This document shows, piece by piece, positions 39,025 through 47,726 of a stretch of DNA of 64,000 nucleotides. Origin of the DNA: an uncultured virus (IMG/VR IMGVR_UViG_3300006920_000039) (Duplodnaviria > Heunggongvirae > Uroviricota > Caudoviricetes > Schitoviridae); IMG/VR virus record IMGVR_UViG_3300006920_000039, one strand, 5' to 3'. Position 1 is the first letter of the stretch, and each line of letters opens with the position of its first letter. The notes under the pieces were generated by a model. That model saw only the letters and a program-made list of their open reading frames with translations. It had not been told where the DNA came from and searched no databases. Position numbers and translations under genes: made by a program.

Positions 39025-39044
39025 GGGACCCGCTTCGGGACCCG
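39025..39044. repeat. Right arm-type integrase binding repeats
   Basis: GGGACCCG at 39025 and 39037; GGGACCCGCTTCG is identical to 38851-38863. Confidence 0.7.
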
Positions 39045-39051
39045 GTTCAGC

Positions 39052-40149
39052 TCATTTTCGCCTGTTCAGGGCCGCTACAGCGGTCTTCTGATGGTCTGGA
39101 GAGTGGTGTCCGTAGACCTTTTGTATCGTCTCAATGGATGTGGAAAAGTAACCAGCTGTGTCCCAAGTGGTGGCGCCATTCTGGAGAGCCCAGGTGATTG
39201 CTGTGTGCTTGAGAGTGTGTGGAGTAACACCATCGAAGTTGATTTTGATGCCTTTGGCGGCCGCTAATTCAATAGCTATTTGGGTAGCGTTGGCCCATCC
39301 TTTTCGGATGTCACCGATCTGATGACCCTTGTGATCTTGGACGATCATTCGGCGATTGTTCTTAGATTGTATGCGTAAATAAGAGAGATACCTTGGGGGA
39401 AGACGTGCCGGTCTCTGCCGCTTTGCGGTCTCGAGTTTGCCCTGCGGCTTTCGATAGAGAACTCCGGTCTTTGTGTCGACATGCCCTCCGCTTTTGCTGG
39501 GGGTGTCTATGCGCATGGAGAGAATCGTCTGTTTTCGGCTGCCAGTATAGAGACCATGCAGGATGAACTGGGCCAGGTGCCGGCCGTCCGCCCTGAGATT
39601 CCTGGCTCCCTTCAGAAGCCATGCCGCCTCTTGACGAGTTAGCCAGCGCTCTTTGGGAGAAGGCGACGCAGGGAGTGTGACTTTGGGTGGTGTTACGAGA
39701 TAGCCCTCAGCGTGGCAGTAATTGAGAGCAGCCTGGAGAACATTCAGCTCTCGTCTGGTGGTGCCGGGTGAGGCGACAACACCGAAACGGGTCTTTCTAG
39801 AGCTGGAATACTTCCGGCATGTAGCACCAGTGATTATGGAAACTGGCTGGTCTCCCCAGAAACTATCCAAAGCATCAATTGCATACCCGATCCGTGCGGG
39901 ATCAGCGACATGAACTGCATGTTCTTTGGCGTAGATATCTAGGGCCCGGGAGATGGTGAGTTCTTGTGGGCCAACCGGAGTATTCGGTTGGTATTTCAGG
40001 TCGAGATACCTTGCTAGAGCTTCTTCAGCATCTTCGCGGATGTGCGTACCTGTCGATACTCGGGTCGTTCCGTCACGTATCTGCCAGTAGGGCTGCCGCC
40101 CTGAAACGGCTCTCCAAACGAGACGGGCGCTTTTTCTTTTTGCCGGCAT
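39052..40149 (-). CDS. int: Tyrosine recombinase (phage integrase)
   Basis: LYTGSRK (box I Arg), TPHTLKHTAITW (box II), VYGH (catalytic Tyr); adjacent to a tRNA-derived att site. Confidence 0.93.
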   Translation of the reverse strand: MPAKRKSARLVWRAVSGRQPYWQIRDGTTRVSTGTHIREDAEEALARYLDLKYQPNTPVGPQELTISRALDIYAKEHAVHVADPARIGYAIDALDSFWGDQPVSIITGATCRKYSSSRKTRFGVVASPGTTRRELNVLQAALNYCHAEGYLVTPPKVTLPASPSPKERWLTRQEAAWLLKGARNLRADGRHLAQFILHGLYTGSRKQTILSMRIDTPSKSGGHVDTKTGVLYRKPQGKLETAKRQRPARLPPRYLSYLRIQSKNNRRMIVQDHKGHQIGDIRKGWANATQIAIELAAAKGIKINFDGVTPHTLKHTAITWALQNGATTWDTAGYFSTSIETIQKVYGHHSPDHQKTAVAALNRRK

Positions 40150-40307
40150 AATTCCATCAGCTTTTGAACATCACTCTCGAGCAGACGGAAGTTCCGCCCA
40201 ATTCGTATGGTGAAGCCGTGTTCATCCGCTACCTTACGGAGGCTGTCAACGGAAACACCGAGATGCCTGGCCACAGATGTGAACTTGTGAACGACTGGAA
40301 GTGCCAT
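40014..40307 (-). CDS. xis: Excisionase-like HTH protein
   Basis: SVARHLGVSVDSLRK HTH plus IRIGRNFRL wing; AGGAG RBS; overlaps the int 5' end. Confidence 0.7.
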   Translation of the reverse strand: MALPVVHKFTSVARHLGVSVDSLRKVADEHGFTIRIGRNFRLLESDVQKLMELCRQKEKAPVSFGEPFQGGSPTGRYVTERPEYRQVRTSAKMLKKL

Positions 40308-40311
40308 CAGA

Positions 40312-40599
40312 TCAGCTCCTTGCCTGGGCTTTTTCGTGAGCAGCCCATGCAGCATCCCGGTTGTTTTCCGGTGTTACTTTCTGGTTCTCAATGTGGCTGC
40401 GAGAAGCCGCACCACGGATGTTGTTAACCTCGACACGGGATTTCTCTGCGATGTCATGGATCAAACCAATCTCATCACGTCGAATCCACAGCCGGGGCAG
40501 TGGGATGTACCCAGCCTTACGCAGAGCGTAAGCAACTGGGTTCTTTGCTTGCATTTCAGAATCGATCACGGTGGGTTCCTCGTTAAATGTAGGGAGCAA
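40312..40599 (-). CDS. Hypothetical protein
   Basis: 95-aa ORF filling the gap upstream of xis; start uncertain. Confidence 0.55.
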   Translation of the reverse strand: MLPTFNEEPTVIDSEMQAKNPVAYALRKAGYIPLPRLWIRRDEIGLIHDIAEKSRVEVNNIRGAASRSHIENQKVTPENNRDAAWAAHEKAQARS

Positions 40600-40617
40600 T
40601 GCAATTGCATTACCTAG

Positions 40618-40917
40618 TCAGGCAGCTAGTGGGACCAAGGTGTTAGGTGTGGCCATGTAACCAAGACGGTTGAAATCGAGAGTGGGAAGGTCGGTGCTAC
40701 GCCAGAAGATCTTGTCGTTGCTGGTGGTGCCACCCTTGCGCATTCGCACAAAGCCCACGCCACTTTTGGCGTAAACTTCCTGGTCACGCGAATAGAGCGG
40801 CACCTCAAAGTAGGTGCCGTTCCTGCTGAGAACAGCTTTGCGCTGCAGAGGGGTGAAAAATTTGTAGGTCATGAGGTCCTCCAAGAAAATGTTGTCGGGG
40901 ATTGTGATTTTGGCCAT
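40618..40917 (-). CDS. Hypothetical protein
   Basis: TGATG coupling to the thyX stop. Confidence 0.6.
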   Translation of the reverse strand: MAKITIPDNIFLEDLMTYKFFTPLQRKAVLSRNGTYFEVPLYSRDQEVYAKSGVGFVRMRKGGTTSNDKIFWRSTDLPTLDFNRLGYMATPNTLVPLAA

Positions 40918-41924
40918 CAGGGTTTCCACTCGTTGGGAACCAACTTGCGAAACTGAATCCAACCATCGAGATTGCCGTGGAGATCAGGGCTGTTCCATTT
41001 TTCAGCGGTGCCCAGTTCTTCGATCGTCTCACCTTCTTCGTCGACCATTACACCGTCGATCAGGATAAGGTGATCAGGTGTGGCCTGATGCTCCAGAGGA
41101 GAGGCATGGACACGGTCTGAGGAGACCAGCATGTCGTAACGGGCAAGTTCCTTCGTATAGCTGGCGTCGCCATCGAAGGGCCTGTACGAGATGCGGGCAC
41201 AGCGAGCTGCTGAGACGCGCTGAAGGAACTCAAGGTTGCCTACGTCGTGCACGTTGTCTTCAGACATGAGGAAAGCAGTATCTTCCTGGGAGATGTACGG
41301 CAGATGCCATTCACCTGGTTCCAGGAGATTGGGAGTGGAGTTTGTCATGGCAGCTTCGACCAACCGGGCAAGATCCTGCAGATGGGGCTCAGCGTCTTTG
41401 TGATCCCGGAGCCACAGGAAGTTGTTCCAGTCCGTTGAGGTGATCAGAACATCGATCCACATGAAGGGCTCGAGGAGACGGTTGACCACCTGCTTGTGGT
41501 AGCCAGCATTCATGAAAGCAGTGGCAATATGGTAGGCGTGAGAGGAGGCGAATTTCCAAGCAGTCTCTCTGCTGATGTGACTTCCCCTCCGGTATTTGTA
41601 GGCGTCGTCGAGGAAGACGTCGGCGGTGTTCTCTTCGTCAGCCTGCATACCCGATTGGTTCAGGCCCCAGTGCCAAGGCACAAATGGGGCGTCCATGATC
41701 TCGCAGAGCATAGTTTTGATAGGGACGGCACGAGAGCTGCGGGCGTTCCGTCCAAAGACACGGTGTGTCATGACCTCAGCGTGGATGATCCGAGGATACC
41801 GCATCCGTATGGTGAAGATATCCGGGACCCAGTCTGCGCCGCAGGAATGCTCGATGACCTCAACTTCCATCTCGGTGCCGTCGAGCCGGTATTTTTCTCC
41901 GACTTCAATGATTTCTTTTCTCAT
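40917..41924 (-). CDS. thyX: Flavin-dependent thymidylate synthase
   Basis: HAEVMTHRVFGRNARSSRAVP, HKQVVNRLLEPF, SAARCARISY, HASPLEHQA. Confidence 0.9.
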   Translation of the reverse strand: MRKEIIEVGEKYRLDGTEMEVEVIEHSCGADWVPDIFTIRMRYPRIIHAEVMTHRVFGRNARSSRAVPIKTMLCEIMDAPFVPWHWGLNQSGMQADEENTADVFLDDAYKYRRGSHISRETAWKFASSHAYHIATAFMNAGYHKQVVNRLLEPFMWIDVLITSTDWNNFLWLRDHKDAEPHLQDLARLVEAAMTNSTPNLLEPGEWHLPYISQEDTAFLMSEDNVHDVGNLEFLQRVSAARCARISYRPFDGDASYTKELARYDMLVSSDRVHASPLEHQATPDHLILIDGVMVDEEGETIEELGTAEKWNSPDLHGNLDGWIQFRKLVPNEWKP

Positions 41925-43036
41925 GCTGCTTCTGCTTCCATGTGTATGAGGGTCCCAAAGGGGACCTCTGCTTTGGGGTTATTCATGCAGATCCAGAGCA
42001 AAGGGATCTCTGGATTGTCTGGGATGGAGACATGGAGATCCGTGAAGATAACGATTGCCGTCGGAGCCTGGTCGATGGCGTGGTTGAAGACCTCTACGAG
42101 ATCAGTTCCACCGCGGCCTGTGACTGTGATCTTCTCAAACGGGTCGTCTTTCTCGAAGTCCATTACGTCTTTGATCTCTGTGTCAAACGTGACCAGAGTG
42201 AGGCGCTCAGGCGTGAGCTCCTCTTGGATGTATTTGACTTCAGAGTTGAACCTGAGGATTTCCTGATCAGAGATAGATCCGGAAATATCCAGGTAATATA
42301 TCAGATGCTCGAGACCATTGCGGCCACTGCGTCCGCGCAGGAGTGGGTCTGTATAGCGACGGTTTGGGCGTGCGTAGGAATACTCTTCAGAGGTCAACTC
42401 ATTCATGTAATTTAGCAGCAATGTATCCCAAGGGAGCTTGGGATTTAGGAAGGAGTCCATGGTGAGAGAGACCTCACCAGGGATGTCTCCGGCTCCTCCA
42501 GTAATTCGGGCTGTCGCCATTGCGCCCACCACGTTGGCGACAGCCTTAGACTTCTGGTCGGGGTCAATCGGGAGAATGTCCCCGCCCAAGGAGTTCGGCA
42601 GTGGTTGCCCACCGTCTTCGCGCTCTTTGGCCAGAATGTCGTAAACTTGTTCTGTGTTCATATCCGTAAAACGGTGGTCCATCAGGAATGGAAAACCACC
42701 CATGTAATACCCATGCGCTTCCAGCATGAGATTGATTACGTGGTCGGCCGCCTCGTTCCACAGTTCCGGACACCGTCCTTGAAGACGAAGCCCGTGCAGA
42801 AATGCGTTGTGCCAGAGTTCATGCGCCAGAACAGTGACGCGAGTGTCTTTGCACAGGGTGAGATAAAACTCAGGATTCCAATAAAGTACGCTGTCACTGA
42901 TGGCAGCTGTGGGCATCGTAGAGTCCCACTTGAATTTGACCTTGGCGAGCAATGTACCCAGGAAACCGGCGCCCTTCTTGAAGAAGAGGTTACCTACAGT
43001 TTTGTCGAAAAGTACGTCGATGGTTTCCTGGGTCAT
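41921..43036 (-). CDS. Metallopeptidase-like plus vWA domain protein (N4 gp25-like)
   Basis: LAHELWH, DISGS MIDAS motif, GRGGTD, IFTD. Confidence 0.88.
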   Translation of the reverse strand: MTQETIDVLFDKTVGNLFFKKGAGFLGTLLAKVKFKWDSTMPTAAISDSVLYWNPEFYLTLCKDTRVTVLAHELWHNAFLHGLRLQGRCPELWNEAADHVINLMLEAHGYYMGGFPFLMDHRFTDMNTEQVYDILAKEREDGGQPLPNSLGGDILPIDPDQKSKAVANVVGAMATARITGGAGDIPGEVSLTMDSFLNPKLPWDTLLLNYMNELTSEEYSYARPNRRYTDPLLRGRSGRNGLEHLIYYLDISGSISDQEILRFNSEVKYIQEELTPERLTLVTFDTEIKDVMDFEKDDPFEKITVTGRGGTDLVEVFNHAIDQAPTAIVIFTDLHVSIPDNPEIPLLWICMNNPKAEVPFGTLIHMEAEAA

Positions 43037-43056
43037 AGATCTATGCCTTGGTTCAA

Positions 43057-44082
43057 TTACGTGAGGTAGGTGGTCATTTTCAGCAGGAACGCTGAGAACG
43101 CCTCATGTTCTTTGGTGAGACGTGGAAAGCGAGTTGCCATGCCACGAGAGAAGATGATCTGAATCTCCATCGAGAACTTGGTGATGTATTTCAGAACATG
43201 TTCGAGGTTCTCCTCATCAGAGTTTCCGATGAGCATCGACATCGTGGCGTACTTGGTGCTGGACTCAGGCGGAACGGGTGTTCCGATTGGATCAGCGATG
43301 ATGTCAGCGAACTTAGGAAGCCGATCGTACTCTTCAGCAAAGGTCATGAACTCGACTGCATTGCCTTGACCGATGGTGCCTGCAATCCGCGGTGCCATTT
43401 GGGGAGTGATCTCTTTGCCTTTGATCAGGCGAGAGAGGAACTCCAAGGTCCGGGGACAGGTGAAGGTTTTGTCGTTGTGGTCTGGTTTGAAGTCCATCAG
43501 CTTGAGGGGCAGGTAGGACACGAAGCCAGTGACACGGCGATCGAAGTCTGCTTCGATAGCGTGCTCAAGAAAGTCCGGTAGATTCACTTCCACATCGTAA
43601 TGGATCATGCGGGATTGGAGTGCTGTGGACATCTGGTTCACAACTGCTTTGTCCCCGACACGGTTGCCGGCAGCGACAATGATCACACGCTCGTGGAGCT
43701 TGTGGGAGCCGATCATCTTGTCATAGATCAGCTTGTACGCAGCGGCCTGGACAGGCTTTGTGGCTGAGGTGGCCTCGTCGAGAAAGACGCACCAACCGTC
43801 ATACCCTTCAGGAATTTCATCTCCCTCGATGGGGAACATATCAAAAGGGGTGAAGGTGGCTTTGTTTCCAACACGCATGGGGAAGCCGTTAAGGTCTTCC
43901 GGCATACACTGGGAGAGACGGACGTCGATCATCTTGAGACGGAAGTCTTTGGCGAATTTCCAGACTGCCGCAGATTTACCGACGCCAGGTGCAGAGGTGA
44001 AAAGAGGAACCAGAGAGGCTGCAGCGCATTCGCTGATTTCTTCGTAGATCATCTTTGGGCTGATGGTGAACATCATAGACAT
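43057..44082 (-). CDS. MoxR-like AAA ATPase (N4 gp24-like)
   Basis: SAPGVGKS, FLDE, AAGNR, TALQSR, CPRT. Confidence 0.88.
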   Translation of the reverse strand: MSMMFTISPKMIYEEISECAAASLVPLFTSAPGVGKSAAVWKFAKDFRLKMIDVRLSQCMPEDLNGFPMRVGNKATFTPFDMFPIEGDEIPEGYDGWCVFLDEATSATKPVQAAAYKLIYDKMIGSHKLHERVIIVAAGNRVGDKAVVNQMSTALQSRMIHYDVEVNLPDFLEHAIEADFDRRVTGFVSYLPLKLMDFKPDHNDKTFTCPRTLEFLSRLIKGKEITPQMAPRIAGTIGQGNAVEFMTFAEEYDRLPKFADIIADPIGTPVPPESSTKYATMSMLIGNSDEENLEHVLKYITKFSMEIQIIFSRGMATRFPRLTKEHEAFSAFLLKMTTYLT

Positions 44083-44114
44083 TTGGGGTAATCCTTATCT
44101 GGATTGTGAACGGG

Positions 44115-44477
44115 TCATACTTCGATCGATGACATCAGTTGGCGTTGATAGGAGGGAGAAGGGTTCATCCAAGGCTCTTGAGGGAGCTTTCCAAGCCAGT
44201 CATGCACGGTTGGAATGAAGCCAGAAAAATCCTCACGAATATGCTGTTCGCCAATCACCCGGACGGGAATTTCTTTCCCTTCCGCAGTGGTAATGAACAA
44301 GCCGAAGACACGCTCACACTCGAAGATACCGTGTGTGTGGTGACGGAGGGCTCGGTGGCGAAAGGAAGGCTCAAGTTCTTTGGTGCAGTCGAACCAGTCA
44401 TGAATGGCCTGATAGTCTGCTGGCTCTCCACCAAACTTTCGAGCTGAGGATTTGGCGTGGTGATAGGCATGGGCCAT
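44115..44477 (-). CDS. His-rich protein (DUF6915-like)
   Basis: MAHAYHHAKSSARKFGG...IHDWFD...RHRALRHH...IGEQHIRED. Confidence 0.75.
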   Translation of the reverse strand: MAHAYHHAKSSARKFGGEPADYQAIHDWFDCTKELEPSFRHRALRHHTHGIFECERVFGLFITTAEGKEIPVRVIGEQHIREDFSGFIPTVHDWLGKLPQEPWMNPSPSYQRQLMSSIEV

Positions 44478-44478
44478 G

Positions 44479-44826
44479 TCACACCACCTCATCGAGGAGG
44501 ACGTGTTCGGTCAAGGTGGTGTGATAATACCCATTTAAAGTGAGGGTATCTGTGACGAGGTTCCACGTAATGTCCCCGCCGCCACCCTCGTTGTTCCACC
44601 AATCGAACTGACAATAGTGATCCACCACCTCCGCAAAGAACTCGTCAAGTGGGGTGTTCCCGGTTGCGTCAATATCCCCGCTGTCACCACCACCACCGTA
44701 TTGAACTTGGATGACGCCCTCTTTTTCCATGATCAGAACGTCTACGAGGAGTTCTGCGCGGAGGTTTGCACGAATTGGGTCCAACACAGGGTGAGGAGTA
44801 CGGCTGGATTCTACAGGTTCGGTCAT
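44479..44826 (-). CDS. DUF6878-like protein
   Basis: YGGGGDSGDI and WWNNEGGGG motifs. Confidence 0.65.
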   Translation of the reverse strand: MTEPVESSRTPHPVLDPIRANLRAELLVDVLIMEKEGVIQVQYGGGGDSGDIDATGNTPLDEFFAEVVDHYCQFDWWNNEGGGGDITWNLVTDTLTLNGYYHTTLTEHVLLDEVV

Positions 44827-44867
44827 TTGATTAATCCTTATCTGGATTGCTGGTTAGGGAAGGGTGT

Positions 44868-45251
44868 TCAGCGGACCTCTTGAAGGAGGGCTGATTTGAG
44901 GAGCTGCTTGGCAGCATCCAGGTGACCTGCATCGATGTGCCCAATGGCCTTGGCGATATCGACTTCATCGATCCTGCCAGCTTTGGCTGATGTGGTGACC
45001 AGGTGTTTGCTTGCAGCTGCACGTTGGGCTGCGGCGCCAATGGCAGTCGAGTAAGGGATCTCGAATTTCTTGGCGATATCGTGGACGGAAGCATCGAGGT
45101 GTTTGACGACTTCTTCTGCTTCGGTCGGGTTGTTTTCATAGTTGTCCGAAGAGAGCTGACCAACAAGGCGGGCTTCTTCGAGGGTGCGTCCGAGGCGCTT
45201 CTGCATAAGACGCAGGAATCTCTCGTGCTTTGATTCTTTGATGTCGGGCAT
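44868..45251 (-). CDS. Hypothetical protein
   Basis: ERFLRLMQKR...GQLSSDNY helical motif; GGAG RBS. Confidence 0.7.
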   Translation of the reverse strand: MPDIKESKHERFLRLMQKRLGRTLEEARLVGQLSSDNYENNPTEAEEVVKHLDASVHDIAKKFEIPYSTAIGAAAQRAAASKHLVTTSAKAGRIDEVDIAKAIGHIDAGHLDAAKQLLKSALLQEVR

Positions 45252-45286
45252 AACTATCTCCGCGTCTTACAATGAGATGTAGATAT

Positions 45287-45315
45287 AAAAACGGGCGATC
45301 CATGAGGACCGCCCG
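45287..45315 (-). terminator. Rho-independent terminator
   Basis: CGGGCG/CGCCCG stem with a T run on the minus strand. Confidence 0.6.
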
Positions 45316-45378
45316 ATTGATTGTTAGAGATACATTTAGCAGATAGCCAGCAAATATTAGCTGGATGTATCAGAAAGA

Positions 45379-45753
45379 TCAGGCCTTTTTATCTTCGGCT
45401 GTTTCCTGAGCATCGCTCTCTTTGTCTGCACGGTCATGGTCGTTGCCACCACGCCCATTGGCATCGGAGTTGTCCGACTTTTCCTCTCCTTCGACTGTGC
45501 ACTCTTCGGATTCGTGCTCTGTGACAGTTGTCGTCGAGGTCGAGGTCGAGGTGCTGTCCTCTTTGCGCTCACGTGGTGTCCAATCGGAACCAGTAGAGCA
45601 TGAACGCCAGCGGAGACCGAGAATGCCATAAAGTGGGCACTGAGCGGCTATGACTTCTGGTTCAACGCGAGGTTCAGCAACGCCACCAGCAAAGGCTGGA
45701 ACAGCAAGCATCAGCAATGGGAGACACAAAAGTGCCTTGGGGAAACGTCTCAT
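45379..45753 (-). CDS. Secreted protein with signal peptide and acidic low-complexity tail
   Basis: MRRFPKALLCLPLLMLAVPAFA|GGVAEPRVEPEV. Confidence 0.65.
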   Translation of the reverse strand: MRRFPKALLCLPLLMLAVPAFAGGVAEPRVEPEVIAAQCPLYGILGLRWRSCSTGSDWTPRERKEDSTSTSTSTTTVTEHESEECTVEGEEKSDNSDANGRGGNDHDRADKESDAQETAEDKKA

Positions 45754-45788
45754 TTTACAAAACTTTCGGTTGGTGGGTTTGTTTTTCC

Positions 45789-45938
45789 TTAGAAAAACGA
45801 GGCGATGAGTTGGTATGCTTGGTGCGCACACCAGGCCATGCCGATCAGGGCGTAGAAACCGAATACGGCGACGATGGCACCTCCTCCGGACCCATAGTCA
45901 TCAGGGTCGTCGTAGGGATCGTTGGGCTGGTTATTCAT
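45789..45938 (-). CDS. Small membrane protein (49 aa)
   Basis: MNNQPNDPYDDPDDYGSGGGAIVAVFGFYALIGMAW...; ATGA-coupled. Confidence 0.5.
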   Translation of the reverse strand: MNNQPNDPYDDPDDYGSGGGAIVAVFGFYALIGMAWCAHQAYQLIASFF

Positions 45939-46123
45939 GAGGGAACGCAAGACATGTTTGCATCGATAGCAGCATCGAAGGCGTGCGCATAAGAAGCACG
46001 CTGGTTTGGGGAGAAGTGTGCAGGAGGCGCAAATGGCTTACCTGGTTCAGCACCGTGTGTGCGGCCGAGACCGGCAGCAGTGGTGTGGGCATGAATGCAG
46101 TGGGCGGTAAGATTCTTAAACAT
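45935..46123 (-). CDS. Hypothetical protein
   Basis: 62 aa; AAAGGA RBS. Confidence 0.5.
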   Translation of the reverse strand: MFKNLTAHCIHAHTTAAGLGRTHGAEPGKPFAPPAHFSPNQRASYAHAFDAAIDANMSCVPS

Positions 46124-46186
46124 CTGAACGTCCTTTCGTTGGAGTTAGAGAAATAGGGTATGAACCCCCAAAAAAAGAATGGGGGT

Positions 46187-46390
46187 TCAAAGCAAAATAG
46201 GAGCAATGAGGTAAGCGCAGAGACCAATACTTGCACAGATGATTGCGCAAGATACGAACTCAGGGGAGCCAATTGCTCGGCGACCCTGAAGATACCCACG
46301 GGTAGAGCCATCGAGGTATCCAGCGTGGTAGGACTTAGAGATGAGCTCTTGGGTTTGGTCGTCTGGGGTAGGCTTGAGGCCACTTATCAT
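46187..46390 (-). CDS. Hypothetical membrane protein
   Basis: C-terminal TM segment. Confidence 0.45.
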   Translation of the reverse strand: MISGLKPTPDDQTQELISKSYHAGYLDGSTRGYLQGRRAIGSPEFVSCAIICASIGLCAYLIAPILL

Positions 46391-46477
46391 CTGATATGAT
46401 TCCGCTGATATTTACTGTGAAGCTACTCTTCACGCTAAACTATCAGATTGCAAGATCAGATTGATAAATAACCTAGA

Positions 46478-46768
46478 TCAAATTGTTTCTAGTGTCGCAT
46501 CAGTCTTACTCTCGATTGCATCAGTGATGATATTGAGAGCGGCGAGGGCAACATCCAATTCGCATTTGTCGTTCTGTTGCCGCTCGACGGCCGCAAACTG
46601 ATCAGGGGCGGAGATGCTGTCTGCCAGCTTGATGAGCATGAAGGTAAGAAGACCATCATTGATGCAGGACAGGTCCTCACAGCAGAGGATGTCTTTTTCA
46701 ACCAGGTAGAGATGCTTGCCGCTTTCGTAGGATGTCAGAACTGCTCGCTGTAGTTTATTGATTTTCAT
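46478..46768 (-). CDS. Hypothetical protein
   Basis: 96-aa ORF in the minus-strand gene run. Confidence 0.55.
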   Translation of the reverse strand: MKINKLQRAVLTSYESGKHLYLVEKDILCCEDLSCINDGLLTFMLIKLADSISAPDQFAAVERQQNDKCELDVALAALNIITDAIESKTDATLETI

Positions 46769-46780
46769 TAAATTGGTGCC

Positions 46781-47029
46781 TTACCAAGTTTTGTCTTTGA
46801 CGCGCTCACCGATGGACCAGCCCGATGACCCGGCCCACATTGATTGGAAATACGCTTTGAAGTCTGCACCCATGGCTGATTTTACATTGGGTGGTATCTG
46901 GTCTGCTGGGATACGCTGAAGTCCCTGTTTCCCTTTAGCGTAGACGAGCCAGGTCTGGTGCTGCTTTGATGCACCAAGAGGCCGTTGGACTTTGACCTGG
47001 TATTTTCCGTGGTGCATGATGTCGGTCAT
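46781..47029 (-). CDS. Hypothetical protein
   Basis: 82 aa; ATGA-coupled. Confidence 0.6.
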   Translation of the reverse strand: MTDIMHHGKYQVKVQRPLGASKQHQTWLVYAKGKQGLQRIPADQIPPNVKSAMGADFKAYFQSMWAGSSGWSIGERVKDKTW

Positions 47030-47262
47030 GCCCAGGTCACCTCTGATGCGAGTTCGAAGCAGGCGTGCTGAAGATCCTTAGGAAGGTCTTTCAATGCACA
47101 CCCGACTCCGAGGATCTCGATGCCGGTGACCGTGATGTTCGTGGGCTCGTCCCATACAGGGGAGCCAGGAACGCCGTAGTCAGCTTTTTCCATGGTGCAG
47201 GTGAAGTCGACGGAAACCTCCTCACCTGAGTAGGTGGCCGATGGTTCGTTGGGGTAGCACAT
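47026..47262 (-). CDS. Hypothetical protein
   Basis: 78 aa; AAGGAG RBS. Confidence 0.6.
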   Translation of the reverse strand: MCYPNEPSATYSGEEVSVDFTCTMEKADYGVPGSPVWDEPTNITVTGIEILGVGCALKDLPKDLQHACFELASEVTWA

Positions 47263-47668
47263 AGTGTTCTCCTTCGGCCGGCCCGGATCAGTTCGATATT
47301 ATCAAATGAAATTTTCCGGTGATCAGGGAATAGCCGTTTTTGGGATTTTTGGGCAAGCGGTGAAACTAGAATGATTCCAACACCCAAAAAAACTATCTAA
47401 CTATATGCTGATGTTATGGGGGTTGACGGTTCTGCGAACAACGATATGCTGGCGCTCTTCCTGCCTTCCAAACCCCCAACCCCCCCAACTCTTTAATAAC
47501 TATAGAGTCCTATTAAAGGGGGGAGAGATCCCGGGGATACATACCAAATGTAGTGTATCAATGAAGGGGGTTGTAAATACCATATAAACACAGGCAGCCG
47601 GTATATGCCGGAAATGTAGGTGTATAGGAAATCAATAAATAACGGGTATGTAAGCGCTCACACACCAT

Positions 47669-47721
47669 AAAAAAAAAGACCCCCCCTGCAATTGGCACGA
47701 GGCCAACGACAGAGAGGGTCT
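47669..47721 (-). terminator. Terminator after the second RNAP II subunit gene
   Basis: AGACCC...CTG/CAG...GGGTCT stem with a T9 run on the minus strand. Confidence 0.7.
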
Positions 47722-47726
47722 GATAT

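Noticed and set aside
40131..40141. Programmed frameshift fusing xis and int at AAAAAGAAAAA
   Set aside because: The A runs are 5 nt and not phased as a canonical X XXY YYZ heptamer in the xis frame
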